This document shows positions 48,864 to 59,177 of a stretch of 64,000 bases of DNA, piece after piece. The DNA comes from an uncultured Candidatus Saccharibacteria bacterium. GTDB taxonomy: Bacteria; Patescibacteriota; Dojkabacteria; SC72. The translations under genes were made by a program, and so were the position numbers. The DNA lies in the NCBI GenBank assembly GCA_964560525.1, contig CAZLLO010000001.1, positions 6,656-70,655 of the forward strand, given 5' to 3'. The notes beneath the pieces were generated by a model. The model was not told the origin of the DNA and ran no database searches. It was given only the letters and a program-made list of their open reading frames with translations. How positions within the stretch are numbered: the stretch's first letter is position 1; every line of letters begins with the position of its first letter.

Positions 48864-51017
48864 TTACAACTCTTCCAAAGGTTCTAACACCTCTTCTACC
48901 TTAACTTTCTTAACCTTTTTCTCTTGTACTACTTTCTTCAAAACAATACCCTTTATCAATATATCCTCTTTCTTAACAATTATATTTGCTACACTTTTCT
49001 CATCAACCAATACCCAATCAGAATTCAATACTGCAATCTCATACACACCTTTTGCAACAAAGAAACGATACCTACCATTCTCATCAGTAACCCTTTTCGA
49101 AACTAACTTTCCAAATTCCATTTCTTTCAATCCAATAGTTATACCTGCTAAACGTCTACCCGAGATATCTTTTACTACACCAAATTTCTCTCTCCTGTTA
49201 AATAGTGAGAAGAAAAGTATAACAAGAGAGGGAATGTATAGAATAATAACAAGATAGTTGTACCAGATATTGTTAACTGACAAAGCATAGATACTAAATA
49301 CTAAACCAACAAGAAAAAGAAGAATGTGTAATGACTTCCATAATACCTTTGAACCAAAAGCCAATTGACTAAATATTCTTTTAAATTCACCCATCTTCTT
49401 TAAATCCATAGGAATTGAGAAATTGGGAATAACACCCTTAGAAGTATAGAACTCTTGACCCTGATATACATTCTCTAATGGAAAATCTGTCTTTCCAAAG
49501 ACTATCTTAGATGGAAAATCATAATCCTTTGAGGCAGTCTTAATTACATATTCGCCTGGTACAACCTTATTGGTTCTAAAATACCCATCCCTGTCTGTAA
49601 CATCTGTCCATATCAATACACTATTCTCATTAAAGATTCTTACAACACATTGAGATATTGGTTCCTTAGTAACAGAATCATATACATATCCAGTAGGATG
49701 ACCTTTTTTTCTGAAACCCAAAAGGCTTGAGATAGCTAAAAATATTTGAAGAATGATATATGGCAAAGTACCCAAGCCACCCAAAAGAATTCCCATCCCT
49801 AGTAATATATTTCCAAGAGTAATGGTAATTGTTAGTTGTTGTAGAGAAGTATTATTGATTTTCCCAATAGTGTTTTGCATAAACTCATTGGTACTCTCAA
49901 CAATATTATTCACAACATCCTTTATCTGCTCAATAATTGGAACAACTGGTTTCTCTGGTGTACCAGTAGCAGGGATATTTAAATATATGTTACATATTCT
50001 TGTAATGTTACCTACGCTATCAGAAGCCTCAGCACAAAAAGAATACTTAGCAAAAAGATCGTAATCAGAATTATGTTCTAGTTCCCCAAGCTTTACCTTT
50101 ACAGTCCAGATATCACCACTTACACTTTGAGTATCAATACACTCGTCAGTACTACCATCTTGTAATACACACCAAAAGCTTTTTTGGCTAACTACAATAT
50201 TATCCTTTACCCTTAATTTGAAAATTATTGTATCCTGGGCTTCCCAATCTTTCGTAGTATTATCTCCAAGTCCTGAGATACTCAAAAGCTTAACCTCGGG
50301 GCTTGAGTTATCTTGTACTGAATATACACTATTGGACCAGCTACTTTCTCCACCCCAGTTATTTTTTGCCTTTACATGATAGAAATATATCTGGCTATTT
50401 GCTAGTCCTGTAAATTCATATGATTCAGCCCCTATCCATCCACTGTCCTTAAAAACAGGAGCAAATGTTGAGGAGACACTAGATTGTATGAAGTATGTAT
50501 AGTTTCCACTAGTAATAGCCCATGACAAGGTATTTGAAAGCCCTTTTGTATATGCTGGTTCTGGAAGCAGTGTTGGAACAGCAACAGGTACAACATATAT
50601 GGTCTCACAATCCAAAATGTAAATATTGAAGCCCTCGGTAGTATCTCTTGCACATACTTCATAGGTTCCTGGGATAGAAGATTTAAATGTACCTGTAGCT
50701 CTACCATCACTATCTGATACCGCTGGTTGGGTTATAGTTACACCTAGACTACTTCCATTTACATACAAAACAATACTTCTTCCAGGTTTAGGATCTCCAT
50801 TAACATTCAACATTTGAATATTGACCGTGGCTGGCTCCAATATCTCTACATTAGTTGGAGTGATATCTAACTGTGAATACAAATCCTCAGTTATATTTGC
50901 ATTGATATCTACACCACCACCACCAGCTTCAAAGGATGTCTGTGCATAGGTATGACTCCCTAAAAGACAAAAAGCACATACAACCAATATTGTAATCAGG
51001 ACAGTTTTTAATTTCAT
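48864..51017 (-). CDS. Surface protein with Ig-like/FN3 domains, TMs and carboxypeptidase-regulatory-like domains
   Basis: Signal peptide, Big_1-like SDSDGRATG, FN3-like YFYHVKAKN, GYVYDSVTKEPI, VTDENGRYRF. Confidence 0.75.
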   Translation of the reverse strand: MKLKTVLITILVVCAFCLLGSHTYAQTSFEAGGGGVDINANITEDLYSQLDITPTNVEILEPATVNIQMLNVNGDPKPGRSIVLYVNGSSLGVTITQPAVSDSDGRATGTFKSSIPGTYEVCARDTTEGFNIYILDCETIYVVPVAVPTLLPEPAYTKGLSNTLSWAITSGNYTYFIQSSVSSTFAPVFKDSGWIGAESYEFTGLANSQIYFYHVKAKNNWGGESSWSNSVYSVQDNSSPEVKLLSISGLGDNTTKDWEAQDTIIFKLRVKDNIVVSQKSFWCVLQDGSTDECIDTQSVSGDIWTVKVKLGELEHNSDYDLFAKYSFCAEASDSVGNITRICNIYLNIPATGTPEKPVVPIIEQIKDVVNNIVESTNEFMQNTIGKINNTSLQQLTITITLGNILLGMGILLGGLGTLPYIILQIFLAISSLLGFRKKGHPTGYVYDSVTKEPISQCVVRIFNENSVLIWTDVTDRDGYFRTNKVVPGEYVIKTASKDYDFPSKIVFGKTDFPLENVYQGQEFYTSKGVIPNFSIPMDLKKMGEFKRIFSQLAFGSKVLWKSLHILLFLVGLVFSIYALSVNNIWYNYLVIILYIPSLVILFFSLFNRREKFGVVKDISGRRLAGITIGLKEMEFGKLVSKRVTDENGRYRFFVAKGVYEIAVLNSDWVLVDEKSVANIIVKKEDILIKGIVLKKVVQEKKVKKVKVEEVLEPLEEL

Positions 51018-51021
51018 TCAA

Positions 51022-51630
51022 CTATATTTCTTCTACAACTTTCTTAACATATCTATCTAACGATTGGGTTAGAACCAACGATGAATACGGTTTGTCACCC
51101 AATGGCTTAACACCGCTTCTACTGTAGCAATTTTTGCATACAAGAGCAAAACTTGTAGTATCAAGATAGTTTAAGTCTTTTGTATTACCACAGTACTTAC
51201 ATTGAGAGAAATCTTCCAAGAAACCCATCTCCATCAGAAATTTAATCCTAAGCTTATTTGTAACTTCTAGTTCTAAATTACTTTTTAATGCCACCTGAAG
51301 CGCATCAAAAAGTTTTGGATATGGGTCGTAGTCCTGAAGAAATTTATTAAGTAAAAAGAGAATTCTTTGGATATTGGGGACTTCAAGCTTATCAAAATTA
51401 AGACTGGAAACAGGTGCAGATTCAGTTAGAATTGGAAGACCTTTTCCTTCGTAGAAAGCAATTTGGCTAGTACACAATGTCTGCATATTTCCCCTATTCT
51501 TACTGTTTAGTTTCCTAATACCTTTTGCAAAGAGTGTAAACTTGCCATACTCTCTTCCAAACACAGTAAGTACTTTATCTGCTTCAGAATAGTTAACCGA
51601 TTTTATTACAGTAATCGTATCTTTATTCAT
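51022..51630 (-). CDS. recO: DNA repair protein RecO
   Basis: YSEADKVLTVF..EYGK...AKGIRK.NSK, CKYC...CKNC zinc finger. Confidence 0.92.
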   Translation of the reverse strand: MNKDTITVIKSVNYSEADKVLTVFGREYGKFTLFAKGIRKLNSKNRGNMQTLCTSQIAFYEGKGLPILTESAPVSSLNFDKLEVPNIQRILFLLNKFLQDYDPYPKLFDALQVALKSNLELEVTNKLRIKFLMEMGFLEDFSQCKYCGNTKDLNYLDTTSFALVCKNCYSRSGVKPLGDKPYSSLVLTQSLDRYVKKVVEEI

Positions 51631-52258
51631 ATACTCCTTTTCTTGTTAAGACAACAAATGGTGTCTTGAGAAATATCTTTGTATCTTCAAAGAAACTGAT
51701 ATGTGAAGCATATTTTGCTTCCAATACTATCCTATCCTTAAATTTAATATCATTTCTTCCTGAGACTTGCCAGATTCCTGTAATTCCTGGTTTTACCTTA
51801 AATATTCGTTTCAAATATCTTTTCCCCTCTGAGTATCTTCCTAAATATCTATTTATCTCCTCTTGATACATTGGACGTGGACCAACCAAAGACATATCTC
51901 CAATTAGTACATTAAGAAGTTGTGGAAGCTCATCAATATCGGTTTTTCTAATAATTTTCCCAATCCATGTGATTCTTGGATCTTCACTTATTTTTAATTT
52001 TCCATCATTTTTAAGCCATTTTTCATACTGCTGACTATCTTGTATCAATTTATGTGCCTGTGGAACCATAGATCTAAATTTGTACATACGGAAGTTCTTA
52101 CCCTTGTACCCAAGTCTTACAGGTTCTTTAACAAAAATGTTATTCATATCTGTAATCCAAATACAGAAAGAGACCACCAAGAGTAACGGGGAAAACAAAA
52201 CTAAAAGGAGAAAGGCGATTACAATATCTAATATTCTTTTAATCTTTTTGTAAGACAT
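51623..52258 (-). CDS. Priming sugar transferase (Bac_transf)
   Basis: KRILDI, YKFRSM, DPRIT.IG..IRKTDIDELPQL, GPRP, KPGITGIWQVSGR. Confidence 0.93.
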   Translation of the reverse strand: MSYKKIKRILDIVIAFLLLVLFSPLLLVVSFCIWITDMNNIFVKEPVRLGYKGKNFRMYKFRSMVPQAHKLIQDSQQYEKWLKNDGKLKISEDPRITWIGKIIRKTDIDELPQLLNVLIGDMSLVGPRPMYQEEINRYLGRYSEGKRYLKRIFKVKPGITGIWQVSGRNDIKFKDRIVLEAKYASHISFFEDTKIFLKTPFVVLTRKGVYE

Positions 52259-53423
52259 CTTTTACATAATTTTGCAGTTTATATACAAAAATCTCAGATG
52301 CAAAATTACTTGCCTGTTTTCTACAGTTATCAGGATCAAAATCAGTTGATTTGAAATTCTTTATAACCTTGTACAAAGCTTCAACATTATATTTATCAAA
52401 GAATACCCCTGTTCTTGGATTTTCTTCGGAAATACTTTCTAATGGTCCACCCTCTCTAAAAGCTATCACTGGAGTACCTGAGGCATTTGCTTCTACTGGT
52501 GTGATTCCAAAGTCTTCATGACGAACAGGGAAAAGCAACGCTTTCGCACGTGACATTAAATCGAATTTTTCTTCATCAGATACATAGCCTAAGAATTTTA
52601 CTAATCCTTTTGCATTTAAATTTTTTACTAAATTCTGTAATGCATCAAGATCATCACCTTTTCCAGCAATCTTAAGAGGAACCCCAGCCTTAACACATGC
52701 CTTTATAGCCAAACCAACACCTTTATACGTTTCCACTCTTCCTGAATACAGAAACCAATTCTCTTTCCTGTTGATCTTTTCTGACTTTTGCAGAATTTTG
52801 GTATCTACAGGAGGATATATGACGTCAGCATCCACATCGTAGTATTTCTTTATCCTTTCTTTAACAACATTGGATATAGCTATCATCTTGGTACATCTAC
52901 GTGCTGCATTTCTATCCCATCGCTGCCATATTCTTTCTAAGATGGTATTCATAAAAAAGGAATAAAAAGAAAACATAAAGCGATTAAAGCCTGTAAATTT
53001 GTTCTTGTCTTTAAGTGTTCTGCCCTCTTTTTCCCAGAAAAACTTTGGCGGAGACATACAAATATCTACATGGGGAATATTCTTTGGTCTTACAAACTTC
53101 CCAAAGGATATTGATATTGAAATAACAGCATCAAAACCTTTAAATTTGAATGATTGATATGCCCATGGATGAAGAAGTAAAGATACATATTTCAATACTG
53201 ATAGCTTCCCTGGAATGTACTGCATAAAAGAATGATGTACTTTTACATGTGGATAGTACTCTGCCGTAAACTTGGGATCATAGTATGCAGTGAAAAGTTC
53301 TGCTTTAGGAAATGCCTGTAAAATACCCCTGACATGATCTTCTGCTCCTCCTCGTTTGTATAATGGATCAGTTACTACTGCGATTTTTAAATCTGCACCC
53401 CTATTTCTTAGTTTCCTTTTCAT
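52239..53423 (-). CDS. Glycosyltransferase family 4
   Basis: GGAE, IYPPVD, EDFGITPVEANASGTPV. Confidence 0.92.
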   Translation of the reverse strand: MKRKLRNRGADLKIAVVTDPLYKRGGAEDHVRGILQAFPKAELFTAYYDPKFTAEYYPHVKVHHSFMQYIPGKLSVLKYVSLLLHPWAYQSFKFKGFDAVISISISFGKFVRPKNIPHVDICMSPPKFFWEKEGRTLKDKNKFTGFNRFMFSFYSFFMNTILERIWQRWDRNAARRCTKMIAISNVVKERIKKYYDVDADVIYPPVDTKILQKSEKINRKENWFLYSGRVETYKGVGLAIKACVKAGVPLKIAGKGDDLDALQNLVKNLNAKGLVKFLGYVSDEEKFDLMSRAKALLFPVRHEDFGITPVEANASGTPVIAFREGGPLESISEENPRTGVFFDKYNVEALYKVIKNFKSTDFDPDNCRKQASNFASEIFVYKLQNYVKDVLQKD

Positions 53424-54558
53424 GTACTTGTAATATATATTTCTCTAAATTATGTAGGAACTTTTCTTCTGAGAATTTCATGGCCTGTTTTACTATTTCT
53501 TCCCTATTATATCTTCTTTTATCAAAATCCTTAAGCAGATTAAATAATTCTTCTTCTGTTTTAAAGAATTCTCCTGTGACATGCTCGTTTACTGTCTCGA
53601 GTAGGCCACCCTCTTTTAGTGCAAATACTGGAGTACCAGCAGCCATTGCTTCTACTGGAACAATTCCAAAATCTTCTAATCCACAGAAGAGAAGTAGAGA
53701 TGCTAAAAGGAAAAGAGAAATGGCCTCATCATCACTTACGAAACCAAGGAATGTAACATTTGGATTATTATTTGCTATTTTCCTAAGATATTTTATATCT
53801 GGTCCTTCTCCCACAATTATGAGTTTTTTATTGGCTTTGATACATGTTCTAATCGCCCAATCAATTCTTTTGTAATCGTATAGCCGAGAAAGCACAAGTA
53901 CGAAGTCTTTCGGTAAATTGTACTTCTGTCTTACTTTCTCTATTTGTTCACCACTTCTTTTTTCAAAATATCTTGGCTCTATGCCTGGATATATGACAGT
54001 AGCATCTTTGCCATATGTACGCTTTATTTTTGATTGAATATATTTTGAATTTGCAGTCCAATATTTTATCCTTTTGGATATTGAAACGTCCCACATACGC
54101 ATAAAGACATCTATTATTGAAGAGATAAATAGGTATGTCTTTCGAAGTTTCAATGCTCTGAAATTATGCTCCTTATCCCACAAGCTCCTTGGAGGTGTCA
54201 TAGTCATTGCAATATGGATTTGATCAACACCTGTTATGATGCCTTTTGCAGGGCCAGCAGAAATACTTAAAACCAAATCATAGCCTTCAAGATTAAAGCT
54301 TTCATATGCCCATGGTGTGAATATTTTTAAATGCCTACTGAATGATTTCGGAAGAAAAGCAAATAGCTTTTGTACAAAGCTTGTATATACATGATTTTTT
54401 AATTCTGGATATTTTCGTTTATCAAAAAAGACGGTAAAGATATCTGCATTGGGGAATAGTTTTAACATTGAGAACATTTCGCGGTCTGCGCCACCAAACC
54501 CTGTCATCTGGTCGGCCACAATAGCTACTCTTGGAAATACTTTTTCTAATGTTGTCAT
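53401..54558 (-). CDS. Glycosyltransferase family 4
   Basis: GGAD, SRLYDYKR, EDFGIVPVEAMAAGTPV. Confidence 0.92.
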   Translation of the reverse strand: MTTLEKVFPRVAIVADQMTGFGGADREMFSMLKLFPNADIFTVFFDKRKYPELKNHVYTSFVQKLFAFLPKSFSRHLKIFTPWAYESFNLEGYDLVLSISAGPAKGIITGVDQIHIAMTMTPPRSLWDKEHNFRALKLRKTYLFISSIIDVFMRMWDVSISKRIKYWTANSKYIQSKIKRTYGKDATVIYPGIEPRYFEKRSGEQIEKVRQKYNLPKDFVLVLSRLYDYKRIDWAIRTCIKANKKLIIVGEGPDIKYLRKIANNNPNVTFLGFVSDDEAISLFLLASLLLFCGLEDFGIVPVEAMAAGTPVFALKEGGLLETVNEHVTGEFFKTEEELFNLLKDFDKRRYNREEIVKQAMKFSEEKFLHNLEKYILQVHEKETKK

Positions 54559-54564
54559 CTGAGA

Positions 54565-55080
54565 TTATAACTCAGGAACCTCCCCACCACCAAATTCTTC
54601 AAAATCATCTGTTGTTGTATCGTCTTCTTCGTCTAATTGCTCAAGTGCTTTTGAAAGCTCATCATCATCTAATGCTTCAACCTTTGGAGGATTCTCCTCC
54701 CCATCATCATCACTTGGGAATATAACGTCTAAACCAGTATCATCATCATTCGTAGGATCTATGCCACCATCATTAAGATTTACATCATCTCCACCCATCA
54801 AGATAATGTTTGGTTGTTCTTCCTCTTCTTCTTCAGGCGTTCCTTCTTGTGCAGAAACATTTACTTCTGTTAATTTCTTCTTTGCAAGTAATATCTGTTC
54901 CTCGGCTTCTTCTCCAAATTTCTCAACAACATTTATAACCCGCATTGGTTTACCACAATCAGGGCAAAGTACTACTTGATTTACCTCTTCACCACAATCA
55001 GGACATGAAAGCACAACCATATGCACACTCTTATGTGTGGGGACTAACTGGTCTTTTGGTTTTTTCTTGATATCTGACAT
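54565..55080 (-). CDS. Zinc-ribbon protein with highly acidic C-terminus
   Basis: CPDCG...CPDCG followed by a D/E-rich tail. Confidence 0.7.
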   Translation of the reverse strand: MSDIKKKPKDQLVPTHKSVHMVVLSCPDCGEEVNQVVLCPDCGKPMRVINVVEKFGEEAEEQILLAKKKLTEVNVSAQEGTPEEEEEEQPNIILMGGDDVNLNDGGIDPTNDDDTGLDVIFPSDDDGEENPPKVEALDDDELSKALEQLDEEDDTTTDDFEEFGGGEVPEL

Positions 55081-55163
55081 TAGAGTAGTTAATGAATCTT
55101 GTTATCTAATGAATAGTATAAGTGTTGTGCGGAAACTGTCAAGAAACCCATAGCAACAGTATT

Positions 55164-58082
55164 TTAGCCATACTTAGGATAGCAACATTTTTTGTATTTT
55201 TTCCCACTACCACAAGGACAAGGGTCATTTCGACCAACTTTTTTGTTCTTCTGTATAGTTTTTTGCTTAGCAATTTTACCTGGTCTTTTGTCTTCTTCTT
55301 GGTTCGTATTCATAGCTGCTTGCTCTATTCTTGGAGCTAATCTGACTCTAAAGAATCTAGTAACTACAGATTCGTCTATCTTTTTTAACATATCATCAAA
55401 CATTTGGAATCCCTCATTTTTGTACTCTACTAAAGGATCTCTTTGAGCTAGATTTCTTAAAGAAATACCCTCTCGAAGATCTGTCATCGTATCTAGGTGC
55501 TCCATCCAGAATCTGTCATATGCTTCAAGAATGAGCATTCTAGCAAGTGCTTTCATTGGCTCCACCCCGATTGCATACATATGAATAATCATAGAAAGAA
55601 GAATCAACTGTTTTACCTCTTTCAATTTCTCAACATTACTCATACCTTCTAACTTTCTGAAGAACTCTGCTTCATTCTTGTGTCCCAATTCTTTGACAGC
55701 CATTCCGAAGAGCTCTTCTGTTAGTAAGTTCTTTATCTGAATATATAGCTTTCTCTCTTCAACATTGTCTATCTCCTTGTCATCTTGTAATTCAGATGCA
55801 AAAAGGAAATCCACATATTCTAATTCTTTCTTAAGTATCCACTTCTCAAGAGGAGAATATATATATTTGAAATCTTCTAACTCAGAAATATTCCAGCTTT
55901 CTTCTTTAGTAAAGGAGAAACCATCCAAACTATCTTGCAGATTATCAATATCTGTTGCCTTAGCTTTTTCGATATCATTCTTTAGAGAAGTTTTAGAGAT
56001 TTCAAACTTCGGAGTTGTATCAGCTTGAAGAAGTTTTCGTCTGAGAGTATATATTATTTCCCTTTGTTGATTTAATACATCATCATATTCAACAAGGTTT
56101 TTACGAATATCATAGTTGTATGCTTCTACTTTTTTCTGAGCATTTTCTATGGTCTTCCCTAATATCCCAATTTCAATAGGTGTTTCATCATCTAGTCCTA
56201 CCTGAGTCATTAGCATTTGCATTCTATCTCCTCCAAAGAGTCGCATTAGTTCGTCCTCAAAAGAAACATAGAATCTAGATTCTCCTGGGTCTCCTTGTCT
56301 TCCAGATCTTCCTCTTAACTGGTTGTCAATTCTTCTTGATTCATGTCTTTCAGAACCAATGACATACAAACCACCTAAGTCAGTTACTCCTTCTCCTAGT
56401 GCAATATCTGTACCTCTACCTGCCATATTAGTAGCGATAGTTACAGCACCTTTTTGTCCTGCTTCAGATATAACATGAGCTTCTCTTTCATGTTGTTTAG
56501 CGTTCAATACGTTGTGTTTGATTCCATCTTTCAGAAGCATATCTGATATTCTTTCGGATTTCTCCACTGAAGTAGTACCAACCAATACTGGTTGACCATT
56601 TTCATGGTGTGTTTTGATATCTTCCACTATGGCCCTGAACTTGCCATCCTCGCTCCTGTAGACTAGATCTACATGATCTTTCCTAACTACTTGCCTATTT
56701 GTAGGTACAACGATGGTATCAAGCTTGTAAATTGATGAGAACTCTTCTGCTTCTGTTAAAGCTGTAGCTGTCATTCCAGAGAGATACTTGTAAAGCCTAA
56801 AGAAGTTTTGCAAAGTAATTGTAGCCATTGTCTTAGATTCTCGTTTAACTTCGACACCTTCTTTTGCTTCTATTGCTTGATGTAGTCCCTCACTATATCT
56901 CCTTCCCTCCATTGCTCTTCCTGTAAATTCATCAACGATGAGGATTTCACCATTCCTAATCATGTATTCGTCATCAAGTTTGTACAACTCTTTTGCCTTC
57001 AATGCATTATCCAAATGATATGCTAACTGTGCATTTTCATAGACATTTTTTACACCCAAGAGCTTTTCGGTATAGTCAATTCCTTCATCTGTTAAAGAAA
57101 CAGAATGGGACTTTTCATCTACAACATAGTGTTTTTCGTTTTGTAGCTGGTTAGCTACTGTAGCAAACTGTTTGTACAAAGTATTGGCGGTTTGAGCGTT
57201 GGTAGAAATAATCAAAGGAGTACGAGCTTCATCAATTAAAATTGAGTCAGCCTCATCTACGATTACAAAATATTTAGGACCTTGAACTCTCTCTTCAAGG
57301 GTTCTCGCCATATTGTCTCTAAGGTAATCAAATCCAAATTCATTGTTAGTACCATATACCACATCACATGCATAAACTTCCTGTTTGCTACATTCAATCA
57401 TATTAACTCCAGACATATGATCATACTTTAGTCGTCCATTTGCTTTAGCTTTTTCATCTCTTTCTTTAAGAAGTGCTTTCCCTTCATCTCCTTTTAACTT
57501 AAGTACTTCGTCATCTGTTATGAATTTGTACTGTTTACCTGAGTTAATGGCTCCAACTGTGATACCAAGAGCATTTAAGATATGGCCATTCCATTCTGCA
57601 TCTCTTCTTGCAAGATAGTCATTTACAGTTACTAAGTGTGCACCTCTCCCTGTTAAACCATACAAATAAAGTGGAAGATTAGCTGCTAATGTTTTTCCTT
57701 CTCCTGTAAAGAGTTCTGCAATCTTGTTATCAAACAAAACATATCCAGCCATCATTTGAACATCAAAATGTCTGTGGTTTGCAACTCTTTTTGAAGCTTC
57801 CCTTACAACGGCAAATGCCTCTGGAAGGATGTCATACAACTTCTTCTTCTCTTCTTCGAGTTTAACTCTTAATTCTTCTGTTTTTAGTGTTTCAAATTCC
57901 TTTCTAGCTGTTTCTAAGTCTACATTTAGTATCTTTCTAAATGATGCTGTTTTCTTTCTTAATTCTTCATCTGAAAGTTTTCCAAAGTCCTCTTCAAAGG
58001 AGTTTATTTTCTCTATTATGGGTTGGATTTTGTTTAATTGTTTTTCGTTAGAATCGAAAAGGTTTGCAAAAAATTTCAACAT
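55164..58082 (-). CDS. secA: Preprotein translocase SecA
   Basis: TGEGKT, TVNDYLARRD, DEADS, ATNMAGRGTDI, RRIDNQLRGRSGRQGDPG, GRNDPCPCGSGKKYKKCC. Confidence 0.98.
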   Translation of the reverse strand: MLKFFANLFDSNEKQLNKIQPIIEKINSFEEDFGKLSDEELRKKTASFRKILNVDLETARKEFETLKTEELRVKLEEEKKKLYDILPEAFAVVREASKRVANHRHFDVQMMAGYVLFDNKIAELFTGEGKTLAANLPLYLYGLTGRGAHLVTVNDYLARRDAEWNGHILNALGITVGAINSGKQYKFITDDEVLKLKGDEGKALLKERDEKAKANGRLKYDHMSGVNMIECSKQEVYACDVVYGTNNEFGFDYLRDNMARTLEERVQGPKYFVIVDEADSILIDEARTPLIISTNAQTANTLYKQFATVANQLQNEKHYVVDEKSHSVSLTDEGIDYTEKLLGVKNVYENAQLAYHLDNALKAKELYKLDDEYMIRNGEILIVDEFTGRAMEGRRYSEGLHQAIEAKEGVEVKRESKTMATITLQNFFRLYKYLSGMTATALTEAEEFSSIYKLDTIVVPTNRQVVRKDHVDLVYRSEDGKFRAIVEDIKTHHENGQPVLVGTTSVEKSERISDMLLKDGIKHNVLNAKQHEREAHVISEAGQKGAVTIATNMAGRGTDIALGEGVTDLGGLYVIGSERHESRRIDNQLRGRSGRQGDPGESRFYVSFEDELMRLFGGDRMQMLMTQVGLDDETPIEIGILGKTIENAQKKVEAYNYDIRKNLVEYDDVLNQQREIIYTLRRKLLQADTTPKFEISKTSLKNDIEKAKATDIDNLQDSLDGFSFTKEESWNISELEDFKYIYSPLEKWILKKELEYVDFLFASELQDDKEIDNVEERKLYIQIKNLLTEELFGMAVKELGHKNEAEFFRKLEGMSNVEKLKEVKQLILLSMIIHMYAIGVEPMKALARMLILEAYDRFWMEHLDTMTDLREGISLRNLAQRDPLVEYKNEGFQMFDDMLKKIDESVVTRFFRVRLAPRIEQAAMNTNQEEDKRPGKIAKQKTIQKNKKVGRNDPCPCGSGKKYKKCCYPKYG

Positions 58083-58150
58083 ATTCCGATTATATCACTT
58101 AAATTACGTATTTTCAGAAATATTTAATTTCTATTTCGTATCCTTTATAT

Positions 58151-59161
58151 ATGCAAAAACTCCTCTCAAAATTCTTAAGTACCATGTTTTTTACCTTGGT
58201 TTTTGCATCTCCCTGTTTTGCAGATGTTATTCTAACATATCCTACAGACAATACTACTGTTAATACTGATTCTGTAACATTTAAATGGGAAAATACTGAT
58301 ACAACAGATAGCTACTGCTATGCTGTTGAGGTTGGTCCATATGTAGAAGACGACAATTATTGGAGTCCTAGAATCGGCCTAGAAACAGTCAACACCACTA
58401 CATATACATATGTCCTGTCTGACAGCTATATTGGCAAGCTAAAGTGGTGGCTAAGGTATGGCATCTATGACGGAACTAAGTGTGAGAAAAGATATTCCTC
58501 TACCATTAGCGCTTTCGCTTTTAAACCAACAGAACAAGTTACACAGATAATTGAAAAAGAGCCTCTTCCTTTGGTAAAGGGAGAATCTACAATTAAGAAA
58601 CCTGAGGTGGTTGTAAAAAAAGAAGAGATTGTTAAGCCTAAGGTTTCCACAAAAGATACAATCAAGAAGAAACCCTTTGTTTTCCCGCTTTCTACCATCA
58701 CGGGAGTTACCCAATGGCATGGAAATACCACATATCAAAAACCACATAAAGGTATAGATTTTGGGGCTACAAAACAAACTGTTGTTGCAGTAGCAAAAGG
58801 TACTGTTGTAGGGAAAGGTTGGGATAGTACAAAAGGAGATTGTTTCTCTGGTGGTAATTATGTCCTCATACAACAAAACAATGGTATGTATACTGCATAC
58901 TTTCATTTAAAATCCATTAGCGTAGATGTTGGACAGAAAGTAAAAGCTAGTCAGACAATTGGAGTGTCTGGAAATACTGGGACTTGGAATTGTCAGCCAT
59001 TAGCCTACCACCTTCATTTTGAAACAAGAAAAGAAAGAGCCCAAAGTTCTCATGTAAATCCTGTTGAATACATATCTGTTGATTGGAACATAGTTACGAC
59101 TTTAAATTCAAAAACCAACCCTGGAAGATTAAGTGGGGATAATCCACACCCAGGTACTTAA
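58151..59161 (+). CDS. Secreted M23 metallopeptidase
   Basis: Signal peptide; HKGID, YFHL, HLHFE. Confidence 0.9.
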   Translation: MQKLLSKFLSTMFFTLVFASPCFADVILTYPTDNTTVNTDSVTFKWENTDTTDSYCYAVEVGPYVEDDNYWSPRIGLETVNTTTYTYVLSDSYIGKLKWWLRYGIYDGTKCEKRYSSTISAFAFKPTEQVTQIIEKEPLPLVKGESTIKKPEVVVKKEEIVKPKVSTKDTIKKKPFVFPLSTITGVTQWHGNTTYQKPHKGIDFGATKQTVVAVAKGTVVGKGWDSTKGDCFSGGNYVLIQQNNGMYTAYFHLKSISVDVGQKVKASQTIGVSGNTGTWNCQPLAYHLHFETRKERAQSSHVNPVEYISVDWNIVTTLNSKTNPGRLSGDNPHPGT

Positions 59162-59177
59162 ATTGAGCCATATTTGT

